Virus record (IMG/VR): IMGVR_UViG_3300031652_000001
Length of the DNA: 64,000 nt
Strand: one strand, 5' to 3'
Source of the DNA: a virus
Below, one piece after another: positions 29,198 through 39,874 of the stretch (position 1 is the first letter of the stretch; every line of letters begins with the position of its first letter). Made by a program: the position numbers and the translations under genes. The notes below the pieces were generated by a model that saw only the letters and a list, made by a program, of their open reading frames with translations, was not told the origin of the DNA and ran no database searches.

Positions 29198-31984
29198 CTA
29201 CGCAGCTTTCATAGTATGTAAAATCTCTCGCAACAAGTTTGCATTCTCACGAAGTTGTCGTCCAATAAGACTGTTCGGATTTTCAATCTCCCTTCGAACC
29301 ATTCCTTCTATCCGTTTTTCATCCTCACGATTACCAGAAAAAAGCTCTCTCTCTGTTATCATGCCAGAACGACCAAAACGATTTCGAATAATCCTACCAC
29401 CAGAAACAGATTCAAAACCCCTGTTGTCTTCTTGCCCTTGCTGATCAACACCAGCCGCCCTCTCTGCTTTCTTTTGTTTGACAATATCTTCGATTTCATC
29501 ATCCGACATTTTGTAAATATGCTTCATCAGCCAATACATACTCACATGACGTTCCATCATCGACGCAAGATCAGCCCTTGCTCGTCTGGCTTCCATCTGA
29601 CCAAGCTCAAAAATTGAACTTGGAACAGTCATTTTTATGTCAAAATCAACAGCAGCTGGATCAATTCTTCTGGCCGCAAGATTCACTTTTGCAACCTTCT
29701 TCATTCCATTTCTGATCTCTCTCTGAACTCTTAGAATGGTCCTTGCAAAACGAACATCCTCTTGGGATAACGTTGCCCGACTCGGCATATTCTCATCGTA
29801 TCCCATATAGGCACGTGGGATCTTCAGGGCAGCATATAGCTTGTAAAGAAAATACTGCACGTCATCCACCTGTTGGTACGCTGGCCCCATCAGAGATTCT
29901 ACCCTAGTCGTCTCTCTTCCTTCTCTAGTTGCGAAAAAGAAATCCTGATCCATCGACATCGGATTTGCACGAAGGTCGAGTTTGCCAGTATTGTGCGTAA
30001 ATACCCCAGCCGTGAGTAAGAAATTATGATATTTATCAACATCCAAGTTGTAGACGTCCTCATACCCATCAACAGTTACGCTCACAACCTTATGGTTGTT
30101 CATCGCCCTGGTCGGCTCATCTCCATAAGTTCTATTCCGCCACCTGGCCTGCCCCGTCTTCTCACACTTATAAGCCTTGAATCCGCTGTACCCCTTTTTC
30201 TTCAAAAACGCCCTCAGCGTCCCCGCTGACACCTTTACCTTTGCCGTGGTTGGACACTGGCAATAAACAGCAGAAAACAACTCGTCAACATTAAGCCTAT
30301 CAGCCAGCTCTTCCGATGTAACCAATGGATCTCTAACGACATGCTCTTCAATAATGTCAAGCATCATCGCGTGCAAAGGGAGCGCCTTCTCCATACGAGC
30401 CTTCATCGACGCTTGCCCCGCCTTTACCGCCGCCCCATGAACGTCCGCACCAGATCTCATCCTCCATTCTGAAAGTCTACGAGCAATGCTCTCTCGGAAA
30501 TCACTATCCGACGTCAACCTCTTTACAAAAGCACACCTTCCATTGATTGCATTCTCAGGATGACGCTTCATATGCTCTGATGCAGTAAGGATCTCAAGGT
30601 TTTCTGGCCGATTATCTCTCTTATCACCATTTTTATGATGAACATGACATCCATCGATTTGGCCAATGCCAGCCCCTTCGGCCACCTCCCTATGGACATA
30701 CCTTCTCTCTCCGGTCATAGGATCACGGTACGTGTCATAACCCTGCGTCCCATCCGTGCCCTTTGACACATACAATGGCATCAAAGAATCTCCATGCCTA
30801 AGCTCAGACGCTGCCTTGTATGTCCCATCACGCATCAAAAACGGATGGATATAGTTGCATCTAACTACAGCCCCACTATCCAAAACAACTCTATAAATCT
30901 TCTGCTTCTTGTCCGTCAGTCGTGGATTACTCGCAAGTCCAGGAACAACCCGACCAGACGCCAAATCGTAAGAATAGACCCAGAACTTTTCATCTTTAAA
31001 GTCCCTGGCCAACTCTGACATGCTCCTGTCCGTACCATCTAACAACTTTACACAAGTCTCCCCTGTTAAACATTTGGGATTCACAAATTTCCTTTTTTTC
31101 AATTGCTGCATGGATTCGCGCAAAATTTTCTGTGCTTCATACTTCGGTACTTTCCCGACATCGATATAAAACGCATATCTACTTGGACTTCGAGTCAACT
31201 TGTAAACAAGAACAGCATCCTCTAACAACATAAGCCTTTTCCAGACCCATCTCGCTGGATCAATGACAGACCACCCATAAAGAGATTCACGATACTTTGC
31301 CGTCAATCTCATATGGACTACTCTCCAATCCTCAAAGGCTGCAACATCTTTAGTGTCATTCGTTCCTGAACCACCACTGATTCTGAACTTTTCAAATTGC
31401 TCTGGAGTAAAATCCAAATTATCTGAAAATGTTTGCATAAAACCAAAAAGATCGCCCTTTTTGTTTTCTATCCGGCGCATTGTCTTTGCAGGTAAAAAAC
31501 TCAAACCAACAACACCACCATCACCAACAATAATCTCCTCGTAATCATTACCCATCTTGCAAAGACCACGAGATATTGGCCAAATATTATTGTCGATATC
31601 TATTCGCTTGTAATACATATCCATCAATTCTTCTTTGATGGAATCATCATTACATTCAACCCATAGAACTTTCCCGTCAGAACTATCCTCCTGAGTAGAA
31701 TCGTCAGCATAAATATCCAGCGCACTAGAAATATCAGAATATTCATCCATTGATTCATAATCATAGAACCTTTGGAGCATGCCTCTATCGAGAGAAAGCA
31801 TGCCATGGAGATCCCCACTCTGAAGAATATCCATAGAAGCTCCAAGACCTGAAATACTGGCATTGGCAGCCAACTCCTTGGTCGATATTGCCAAATCCTG
31901 ACCCTGCTTATCGCGCCTGAAAACATCCCTTATAAAGGAGATGCCCTTTGAATCAATCTTGCCCATACACTGCCCCTGACTCAA
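29198..31984 (-). CDS. Portal protein (T4 gp20-like) with intein
   Basis: Y..MD....I.SALDIYADD, L.LLEDA.LVY.L.R.P.R..FYIDVG, LY.ALKIP, L..ED.RFAR. Confidence 0.92.
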   Translation of the reverse strand: MSQGQCMGKIDSKGISFIRDVFRRDKQGQDLAISTKELAANASISGLGASMDILQSGDLHGMLSLDRGMLQRFYDYESMDEYSDISSALDIYADDSTQEDSSDGKVLWVECNDDSIKEELMDMYYKRIDIDNNIWPISRGLCKMGNDYEEIIVGDGGVVGLSFLPAKTMRRIENKKGDLFGFMQTFSDNLDFTPEQFEKFRISGGSGTNDTKDVAAFEDWRVVHMRLTAKYRESLYGWSVIDPARWVWKRLMLLEDAVLVYKLTRSPSRYAFYIDVGKVPKYEAQKILRESMQQLKKRKFVNPKCLTGETCVKLLDGTDRSMSELARDFKDEKFWVYSYDLASGRVVPGLASNPRLTDKKQKIYRVVLDSGAVVRCNYIHPFLMRDGTYKAASELRHGDSLMPLYVSKGTDGTQGYDTYRDPMTGERRYVHREVAEGAGIGQIDGCHVHHKNGDKRDNRPENLEILTASEHMKRHPENAINGRCAFVKRLTSDSDFRESIARRLSEWRMRSGADVHGAAVKAGQASMKARMEKALPLHAMMLDIIEEHVVRDPLVTSEELADRLNVDELFSAVYCQCPTTAKVKVSAGTLRAFLKKKGYSGFKAYKCEKTGQARWRNRTYGDEPTRAMNNHKVVSVTVDGYEDVYNLDVDKYHNFLLTAGVFTHNTGKLDLRANPMSMDQDFFFATREGRETTRVESLMGPAYQQVDDVQYFLYKLYAALKIPRAYMGYDENMPSRATLSQEDVRFARTILRVQREIRNGMKKVAKVNLAARRIDPAAVDFDIKMTVPSSIFELGQMEARRARADLASMMERHVSMYWLMKHIYKMSDDEIEDIVKQKKAERAAGVDQQGQEDNRGFESVSGGRIIRNRFGRSGMITERELFSGNREDEKRIEGMVRREIENPNSLIGRQLRENANLLREILHTMKAA
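29990..31072 (-). mobile_element. Intein (361 aa) with HNH endonuclease in the portal protein
   Basis: NPK|CLTGET...HNFLLTAGVFTHN|TGK; internal HHKNGDKRDNRPENL. Confidence 0.9.
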
Positions 31985-33453
31985 TCAACGAAGCAACTCG
32001 GTATTGCTCCTACAACAGATTTCAACGCTTCCTCTTCAATGCCAGAATCAGAAACGACTTCTTCAGAATCATCCCGGGTGTCACCCTTTCTAAGAGAAAC
32101 ATCCCAAAGAACTTTCGGAATACCATCCTCACTTTCACCCACGGTGTCGTTATAGGAAAGACACAAAAAATACTTTTTCTTCTCTGACTTTTCAGGTGGA
32201 CAAAATTCAAACCATAAAGATCTACCATCACTCTGAGACGGATCACCTGAATTCTTATTGAAAATATACCTTGCCCCCTCTTCCTCTGAAATTACCTTTG
32301 CCAAACTCGCCCTAACGTCCTCGGCAGCTTTCATAGCTGGTATAAATTTTGAAAAACCAAATGCTTTAGTCTGTACAGTAGGAAGCGTTCTCCCTATATC
32401 GCTTGTTCCCAATGCAGCACCGACAATATCGAAATCAACATCATCTGGATCTGTCGGTAAAATCTCATTTATCCCCTCCAACAAATCATCATCTTCCCCC
32501 TTTTTTATCAAACTATTTGCCATATCGGAAAGTTGATCAGAAGGTGCATTTGAAACCTTACTCTCAACCGGTGCACTTTTATGAGTAGCTGAATTCATTA
32601 AAGATTCAACACTCGGTATAGAAGACATCACATCAGAAACACTTGGTGGCTTTATTGGCATTGAAGCTGGAGTTACACATGCCTGAATACCAACCGATAC
32701 TGAGCTATGAAGATCGTCCTCTGTCAAATAATCAGCAGGATCCATCTCATCTATTACCGGTCTTTTTCTTTCAGCAATAAAATCCGGTTTAGGCACTTCT
32801 TCTGTCTCTTCACCATATACCGGCTTAGCCTCATCTATAGCCCTCATCCATTCTTCCAAAGATGACATAGGAGTACCTCTCGAAGCGTGACCTCTATGTC
32901 TCAAAATTGAAGTTTCAATTTTCTCTTCCTCATCCTCAACCTCTTCATCTTCTTCTTCATACAAGTCAGACAGAACCTCCACAGCTTTTTTAGGATTCCT
33001 GTTATCCATGAAAAGCTGATGTATCTCACTACTACTAAGATCGTTCTCCTCACGAATTCTGGACAGTATCGGCTTGCCTGCCTTTTTGAGCCCCCTGTCT
33101 ACCCGCTCTGACCATTCTCTGAAGCTTATGGCATCACTATCATCATCACCATCTTCCGCCTGTCTGAGACCTTCCTGGACAGCCTCCTGTGGAGAATACC
33201 TATCCTTAAAAAACTTCCCCCATGGAAGATCCGCAAAAACATCCATATCCATCCCCGTGACAGCCTCTATCTCGTCCTCTACCTCAGACATCCATGCACT
33301 GAACGTTTTCTTCTTAGGCTTCGATTTAGCTTCTGTAAATCGAGTCTTATTGCGAGCAGTCTCTACAGGCTTACTCCTGTTCCTGTTTCCTGTATCAACA
33401 TCACCAATAGCCCTGTTCCTTATCCCAATGAGATCATCCAAAAATTTGCCCAT
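31981..33453 (-). CDS. Acidic hypothetical protein between terminase and portal
   Basis: 490-aa ORF; two F..W...V repeats; L-x-E sites. Confidence 0.65.
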   Translation of the reverse strand: MGKFLDDLIGIRNRAIGDVDTGNRNRSKPVETARNKTRFTEAKSKPKKKTFSAWMSEVEDEIEAVTGMDMDVFADLPWGKFFKDRYSPQEAVQEGLRQAEDGDDDSDAISFREWSERVDRGLKKAGKPILSRIREENDLSSSEIHQLFMDNRNPKKAVEVLSDLYEEEDEEVEDEEEKIETSILRHRGHASRGTPMSSLEEWMRAIDEAKPVYGEETEEVPKPDFIAERKRPVIDEMDPADYLTEDDLHSSVSVGIQACVTPASMPIKPPSVSDVMSSIPSVESLMNSATHKSAPVESKVSNAPSDQLSDMANSLIKKGEDDDLLEGINEILPTDPDDVDFDIVGAALGTSDIGRTLPTVQTKAFGFSKFIPAMKAAEDVRASLAKVISEEEGARYIFNKNSGDPSQSDGRSLWFEFCPPEKSEKKKYFLCLSYNDTVGESEDGIPKVLWDVSLRKGDTRDDSEEVVSDSGIEEEALKSVVGAIPSCFVD

Positions 33454-33683
33454 AATCGTCTCCGATTTATCTTGATGGCATATCCTTCATGCCGTGAAAA
33501 TCACAACCACATGGCTCACCGGCAGCCTGACCAGGAGATGGTTATTCCCACGGTGGAACTCTCGTCTTTGCCGCAGCCGTTCCTGGATACCCATTATCCC
33601 CTGTTTTTGATACTTTTTTACCCAATGCAAAGTCCCTCAACTTTTTCGCTTCATTTGAATAACAACCTTGTCCATGGTGCCTC

Positions 33684-36600
33684 CTAACCAGTAAAGAAAA
33701 CTGGTCCGTCATAGTCGTTCTTTATCTCTACTGGCGCCCTGTCGCCTTTTTTCTCCATTGTTTGCCGAATCCATTCTGAGTCCTTATCTTCATGATCCAC
33801 ATATTCACTTATACCCTCAGCCATCGGTGCCCGGAAGACGTGCTTTGTTGTCAACGCATATACCGCACCACAAACCGCATCTGCCGTATCTTTTGAATTA
33901 TGGACAAACACCCCTGAAGATAAAGCAAAATTAGAGTACTCATCAACTTCAAGATCATATACCGGAACAGCATCTTTCAATAAAACTGGTATAACATATC
34001 TTACTTTATGATTCTCCCCAGCATAATTATCCTGGAAATCCAACCACGATTTAGCCCCTAAATCCTTGAGCACCCGCATTACAACATTTCTTCCACACCC
34101 TAACGCTCTTGCTGCTGCATTTGCATTTGGTTGCCCTGCCACCGATCTTAGTTTGTCCTCTGTTACATCATGCCTAAACCACGGATTCTTCCTTTGTGAA
34201 AGTTTCCAATCTTCCTTCGTTTTTTGAGCATGGATACTCTTCATGTGCTCACTATGGAGACGTCTTCCTCGTTCACTCTCATTGAACATCTTTAACCCAT
34301 TACTCAAACTAGCTCTGTACTGCCTGTCCTCTTTGTGCCTCTTAACCGTATGCTTTCTAGAATGTTTAGAACGCTTAATGATTTCCAAATTCCATGGCCT
34401 GTTGTCTGTCTTTATTCCATTTTTATGATGGACAATCTCTGTTTCACTTGGAAACTCGCCATTAATAGCTCCATGCACCAAATGATGCGTTAACGTCTTT
34501 TTTCCGTTCTTGTCTGATACTGACTCGTACCCGCCATTGACGGGCCAATTTCGATTAATCGGCATCAGCCTATCAATCCCAGGAGTAAGATCCTTTGCCA
34601 TTTTATATGACCCATCCCACATCCTCCATAAATGTTCTGGTGTACATCTTTCTACAGCACCAGAATCAAGAACTACGTCTACCAACTCTCTTGTATACCC
34701 GGTCAGTCTTCCCCTTGCTTTACCAGGTACAATCGATCCATCATCCCTACTCGCATAAACCCATTCCTCTACACCATCCAACTCAGAAATCTGAGCACAC
34801 GTCCCATCAAGCAAAGGGATTCGCGTACTTTCAACAAAACACCCATTGGGTGGATGGTCAACTTTTCCTTTATTATCATCCCTAACAAGTTGCTCCATCT
34901 CCTGAATTAAAATCTGATAATCATAAACACTTATCCTGCCTTCATAAACAGCAGTTTTAAAACAGGTATATGGGTCAATTGTCTTGTCGACAGAGATTAT
35001 TTCACCATCAATCCCTTTTGCTGATAACTGCTGGAGCATGTCACGACTCTGGAATGAATCCATAGAAGCAAAAGAAATCGTATATCCATGTTTCTGAAAA
35101 GCATAAATTAACCCACGAATTTCACCGAAATCAATTTCGCCAATCGTTGGGGCAATAATTCTAAGAACCAAATCCACTTCAATCAACGGCACTTCTTCTT
35201 TAAAAGGCTCCCCCTCCTCACTTCTTCTTTCCATCGTTATATAGTCAACAACATGAGCAATGCATATACCCGCCGGATCAGAAAGACCAAGACTCAAATC
35301 CAAATGAACAAACCTTGGGGCATCAGGATGTCGTCTTGGTCTCAATTCCTCAATATATTCACCCGGACCTATCCTCCTACGATGCCTTTGGGATAACCTG
35401 TCCCACTTAATCTCAAGGGGTTCACTGGTACACCATTCATCGACATATACTGGTGAAGCAAGCGTCGTATCCGTAATCTCATAAATTCTTGATCTTAACT
35501 GGAAGAACGGAGCAATACTCACAGTTACAACACCAGCAATATCCCTAATAGAATCCTCGATATTGCGATCAAAATCAGATTTAAAGTTCATCGGGACTCG
35601 AATAAACCTACACCCCTGAGCCTCAATACGCCTCCTACCTGATGACCCCATTCCCCGATACTCTTTTTTCGAAAGTACCTTATGAGGGATACGTTCATTC
35701 CCTACTCGAACCCAAAATCTATCTGGAGAAAAACGGTCTCTCGGAGCAACTTCATATATTGCATAATCACGACAGAAAACCATCGGATTCGTAGCCGCAG
35801 CACCAATCCTCCTGTTTGTGTAAGACTGCTTATGTCTGGCCGATGAAGTCATAAATAATTTACCCGGTAATACGCCAGCCCGGTCAAACCGGGACTTCAT
35901 CCTTCGGGTAATCGACTCATGAAGCTTTTCAACAAAAGATTTTTCACCTGGTTTATCCTGAACGTCGTTGATAATGGAACCATCTATGAAATCCGTTTCA
36001 TCAAGCACTCCACCAAATACATCTCTACCAAGGGCATTCGCTGACTTTGCAGATATCGGAATAACCTTGATGTTTTTCTTTGGGTACTCAACAATTGATG
36101 TTCCTATCCGTATTCCAAGATCTTTAAAAAAAGGTGAAACCTCTATTTTTCGCTTGAATCCACCAAAAGTGACCTCTCTGGCCAACTGTTGATCTCGATT
36201 AAAACAGACAAGAACAATCTCAGACCCTGGCATTAAACCAAATGTAGACTGTGGATCCTTGAGCATGCAAAGCTCATAAAACATGTAGGCAAGGCCCATA
36301 TCAGCAAAAGTAGTTTTACCAGAACCAATCGACCCAGTAAGAATGGCCTCATTGTATGGACGGGAATTTAGCTCAACCAGGTCATCCATCCATATCTCAT
36401 AGAAATACTCTCCGACATGACCAAAATACCTTTTTGAAAGACAAAACTCTCTTACAGGAATAATAGGCTCTTCATAGTGGAGATAAAGATATTTCCTGAA
36501 CATCATCGCCATCAATGCCATTTCATCGCTGGACTCGTAACCATCTTCCCCATCTTCAGCCATCTGTCTGATCTCATCTAAGATTTGATCAAGCCAAAAC

Positions 36601-36704
36601 CGCTCTTCTTTGTTGAGATTATTTATCCTTTTCAACAAATCAGACTGAAGTTCTTCCTCTGTTACAATGGACCTACGTCTTCCAGTTGGGGTCTCGATTA
36701 TCAT
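33684..36704 (-). CDS. terL: Terminase large subunit with intein
   Basis: Walker A GSIGSGKT, Walker B VLDE, HLDL nuclease motif, DHP..G/SKD..DA. Confidence 0.92.
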   Translation of the reverse strand: MIIETPTGRRRSIVTEEELQSDLLKRINNLNKEERFWLDQILDEIRQMAEDGEDGYESSDEMALMAMMFRKYLYLHYEEPIIPVREFCLSKRYFGHVGEYFYEIWMDDLVELNSRPYNEAILTGSIGSGKTTFADMGLAYMFYELCMLKDPQSTFGLMPGSEIVLVCFNRDQQLAREVTFGGFKRKIEVSPFFKDLGIRIGTSIVEYPKKNIKVIPISAKSANALGRDVFGGVLDETDFIDGSIINDVQDKPGEKSFVEKLHESITRRMKSRFDRAGVLPGKLFMTSSARHKQSYTNRRIGAAATNPMVFCRDYAIYEVAPRDRFSPDRFWVRVGNERIPHKVLSKKEYRGMGSSGRRRIEAQGCRFIRVPMNFKSDFDRNIEDSIRDIAGVVTVSIAPFFQLRSRIYEITDTTLASPVYVDEWCTSEPLEIKWDRLSQRHRRRIGPGEYIEELRPRRHPDAPRFVHLDLSLGLSDPAGICIAHVVDYITMERRSEEGEPFKEEVPLIEVDLVLRIIAPTIGEIDFGEIRGLIYAFQKHGYTISFASMDSFQSRDMLQQLSAKGIDGEIISVDKTIDPYTCFKTAVYEGRISVYDYQILIQEMEQLVRDDNKGKVDHPPNGCFVESTRIPLLDGTCAQISELDGVEEWVYASRDDGSIVPGKARGRLTGYTRELVDVVLDSGAVERCTPEHLWRMWDGSYKMAKDLTPGIDRLMPINRNWPVNGGYESVSDKNGKKTLTHHLVHGAINGEFPSETEIVHHKNGIKTDNRPWNLEIIKRSKHSRKHTVKRHKEDRQYRASLSNGLKMFNESERGRRLHSEHMKSIHAQKTKEDWKLSQRKNPWFRHDVTEDKLRSVAGQPNANAAARALGCGRNVVMRVLKDLGAKSWLDFQDNYAGENHKVRYVIPVLLKDAVPVYDLEVDEYSNFALSSGVFVHNSKDTADAVCGAVYALTTKHVFRAPMAEGISEYVDHEDKDSEWIRQTMEKKGDRAPVEIKNDYDGPVFFTG
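33897..34841 (-). mobile_element. Intein (315 aa) with HNH endonuclease in TerL
   Basis: PNG|CFVEST...NFALSSGVFVHN|SKD; internal HHKNGIKTDNRPWNL. Confidence 0.9.
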
Positions 36705-36709
36705 GGTAC

Positions 36710-37486
36710 CTACTGCGCCTTCTTCTGATCTTCATCAAACCCTGTATTGATATTCTGCTTTTTCTTCTTTTTTGGACGCCTTTTCTTGTCCTTCGCTCTG
36801 GCACGTGCAGAATCCAAAGTACTAACATTTTTGAACATCTCAGGATTGGACATCATGAGATCTATTATGCCCAAAACCTTATGTCTGGACTCGGGTTTTG
36901 CCATCACAGAATCGAGTTTTGTTTTCCCATGATAACCATCAGCCGTTCTCGTCATCTCAACAATACCACTGTCAAGCATATCCAGCTCTTTGAGCATTTT
37001 TACCAATTTTTCACCAATGGTAAACGAAACCGTGAACTCTTTATGTGTCCCCTTGAAAAGCTTTTTAAGCTTCAATTCCGTCTCAGTTTCCATTTTTACT
37101 CGGTCATACATATTGAAAAATAAATCTTTCAAAGCATGACCAATTGAACTCGGATCATCCCGATTCAATCGTTTCGTATCGTCCGTAAAAACATCCTCTT
37201 CCTTTCGGATGCCAACATCAGACAGTAAACCGTCCTTGAATCTCTGAACCTTGTATGAAAGGGCTTTAGTAGAAACATGTGTGAGTTCACCACTATCATG
37301 TATGAACGCCACAATGTCCCTCGTATAGCACCCACTTTCAGCCATCTGACGGACCTGTTCAAAGCAATCAAGACCCTCAAGTATCCCTGCCGGATTGAAT
37401 GCTCTTGCATTTCCTTTCGATGTTTTTATCGCCTTCCTTCTCTTTTCTTCTGCATCCTTTGGCTTCCGCATCTTCTCACCTACCAT
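36710..37486 (-). CDS. Candidate terminase small subunit
   Basis: Immediately upstream of terL; helical, basic C-terminus; assignment by position only. Confidence 0.4.
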   Translation of the reverse strand: MVGEKMRKPKDAEEKRRKAIKTSKGNARAFNPAGILEGLDCFEQVRQMAESGCYTRDIVAFIHDSGELTHVSTKALSYKVQRFKDGLLSDVGIRKEEDVFTDDTKRLNRDDPSSIGHALKDLFFNMYDRVKMETETELKLKKLFKGTHKEFTVSFTIGEKLVKMLKELDMLDSGIVEMTRTADGYHGKTKLDSVMAKPESRHKVLGIIDLMMSNPEMFKNVSTLDSARARAKDKKRRPKKKKKQNINTGFDEDQKKAQ

Positions 37487-38480
37487 TGTCTATCCTACAC
37501 TTTTTTTGCTTTCTCTTGCAAAATTCCAAAACAGACGAAAACTTTCCAGGGTCGAGCCTCCCATCTCGAATCGCCAAATATACTGCACTTATGGAGAGAC
37601 CACATTCATTTGCAATGCTCTCAACATTATAAGACCATTCTTTCTTTCGACGTCCCTTAGTCCGCTCATTACTACAATATTGAACAATCTCACTCAGAGA
37701 CCAAACATTCAGATCACCATTACAAACAACCCGTCTTACTTGCCTCGGCGTTACACCAGCCGCTTCAGCAATGTCAGTTATTCTTATGTGACCATCCTTC
37801 TCATTAAAAAAATACCGATAGAATTTCATGACAGAAATAAAATTAGACAAATCAACAGCATGCTCTTTTTCGTACTGTCGAAGACGACTGGTTTTGACAC
37901 CAAAAGCTCTTGCGAGCTGTCTTATATTGTATACCCAAATAGACCTCGTCCTCTTTTTTGTGGGAGATACCAAAAAACAATCTGGAATAACAGAATCCAA
38001 ATCAACTCCCTGAGCAGGAGAAATTATCCCCTCATCCACAATGCTTGCCGATAACGATGACAATAAAACAAGATTCCTGAGCGAATAATTCAAAGGATTC
38101 CTATCCAAATAACGAATTACAAAACCAGATGGTATCGATCCAAAAGCTTCTGTCCACGCATACCTATCGTAACGGATATAGGTTGGTTTACCACAACCAT
38201 AATTTCTTCTCAGGCAATATAAGTGTCCATCTCTCCACTTCCATTCTGGAAGACGGCCATCAATATCAATACTGTGATCACTACATTTCTCACCAACATG
38301 GACAAGCCTGTTGCATCCATCAACACCACAAAAACACCATTTGGTCTTCGGATGCCTTTCGATCCAACACATCTCGGCAAGACCCTTTTCTTTGGCATTT
38401 TTTATTATGCCTCGATAGGCAAATATTCCACGGAAAGCCTTGGAGTTATCCCAAAGTTCTGAAAAACTCAAACCCTCCAT
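37476..38480 (-). CDS. Degenerate HNH + HTH DNA-binding protein
   Basis: RYAW....G.IP.G.VIRYLDRNPLNY.L.NL (HNH_3-like, His residues lost); C-terminal HTH repeats. Confidence 0.55.
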   Translation of the reverse strand: MEGLSFSELWDNSKAFRGIFAYRGIIKNAKEKGLAEMCWIERHPKTKWCFCGVDGCNRLVHVGEKCSDHSIDIDGRLPEWKWRDGHLYCLRRNYGCGKPTYIRYDRYAWTEAFGSIPSGFVIRYLDRNPLNYSLRNLVLLSSLSASIVDEGIISPAQGVDLDSVIPDCFLVSPTKKRTRSIWVYNIRQLARAFGVKTSRLRQYEKEHAVDLSNFISVMKFYRYFFNEKDGHIRITDIAEAAGVTPRQVRRVVCNGDLNVWSLSEIVQYCSNERTKGRRKKEWSYNVESIANECGLSISAVYLAIRDGRLDPGKFSSVLEFCKRKQKKCRIDNGR

Positions 38481-38495
38481 ATCCTTTACCTCTCA

Positions 38496-38876
38496 TCATC
38501 CCAATAATTCTTCTTTCAAACTAAAAACAATTTCGATATCCAAACGCCAACCATCATCCGATTCTGACAATCCTTTTGGCTTTACCCTATCTGGATTCCC
38601 AACCTCAAAAGACCCCTCCCCTGTGTACTTGCCAAGCCAAGGAAAAACCTCGCGATAAACATCAACAACACCAACCTCTGGAGCAAACTCCGGGAAATCA
38701 AAAGGACCATCATATCCGACCATGTTTCGTATCGAATACTCATTTCGAATTTTCCACTTCTCAGTAACCTCCATCGGGTTGATAGGAGCAATTTTTTTCA
38801 AAATGACAAAACGACCATCTATAGTTTTCCACCTACCTGGACAGACATATTCCAATTCAAGCTTTCTGTTCCTCAT
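38496..38876 (-). CDS. Hypothetical protein
   Basis: Coupled ORF. Confidence 0.6.
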   Translation of the reverse strand: MRNRKLELEYVCPGRWKTIDGRFVILKKIAPINPMEVTEKWKIRNEYSIRNMVGYDGPFDFPEFAPEVGVVDVYREVFPWLGKYTGEGSFEVGNPDRVKPKGLSESDDGWRLDIEIVFSLKEELLG

Positions 38877-39346
38877 CTGGCGCCATCCTGTTTTCGTTTT
38901 CTCAAAACCAAAGCGCCAACCGTAACCTTGTTTCTTCCACTCTCCTCCTTTATCCTGGAAGCTCTGAGCCTGTTTCTAATGACCGTATCTTTATCTGAAA
39001 GCAATGGCTTTCGCTTTATCAACTCAAGACACCATGGACCATCTGAGCCTGTTCTAGACAACATCCTTACAGCTTCCCTAGGCGAATACTTGTTCACAAA
39101 AGTTGGTTGATATTTCTTTTCAAAAACAATCTTCTGAATAGGCTTCCTGTCCTTCCTCTCATCACAAAACAAAACAAGTCTCCCAGATTCTATCCACGCC
39201 ATAGCCTGTGTATTATCCCAAGGATCCTCATCAACAGAGTTCTGAAGTTCAGGCATTAAAAAACCATGAACAACTCGAATTATTTCAGAATCAAGATTCT
39301 CACGAGCAAATTTCATTGAGTAACGAAAGTATTTTTTGTTGTCCAA
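38873..39346 (-). CDS. Hypothetical protein
   Basis: TTG start with GGAGG RBS. Confidence 0.6.
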   Translation of the reverse strand: MDNKKYFRYSMKFARENLDSEIIRVVHGFLMPELQNSVDEDPWDNTQAMAWIESGRLVLFCDERKDRKPIQKIVFEKKYQPTFVNKYSPREAVRMLSRTGSDGPWCLELIKRKPLLSDKDTVIRNRLRASRIKEESGRNKVTVGALVLRKRKQDGAR

Positions 39347-39454
39347 AGATGACCTCCACTCAAAGACCTACCTATACGGTACATAGATCGAAACAATCAA
39401 TCAATGTTTCGCACCTATCCAACACCAGATAAATAGATGGGATAATTTAAAAAA

Positions 39455-39874
39455 TCACATCTTCAGATTAGGATCTATCGGTGCAGGCACAAGAATCATA
39501 ATTTTGTACCTAAAACCAAACTCATCCGAGGCATGATGATGGATTGTACTTCTGACTCTGAAACTGTACTTCAAAACGAGGTCATTCATTTCGGTAAGCA
39601 TCGAAACGACACGATCAAAATTTTTGAAAAACACCTCGATATTAGCTGTCCCATCCCAAATGTTTGAAAAATATTTTGCATCGTACTTCAAACAGACAGC
39701 TTCGATTTTCAGCGTAAGCTGATCGATATTTAACCCACCATATATCGATGGCTTCTCGACATTATCAAAATTTTTTGTATCAGATAATGCGACAGGTCTT
39801 TTATAAGCAATATCACTAGATGCAACATCACCAAACAAACTACCCTGCTTTTTTTCAGATTTTTTTGCCATCAA
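39455..39874 (-). CDS. Hypothetical protein
   Basis: Coupled ORF. Confidence 0.6.
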   Translation of the reverse strand: MMAKKSEKKQGSLFGDVASSDIAYKRPVALSDTKNFDNVEKPSIYGGLNIDQLTLKIEAVCLKYDAKYFSNIWDGTANIEVFFKNFDRVVSMLTEMNDLVLKYSFRVRSTIHHHASDEFGFRYKIMILVPAPIDPNLKM

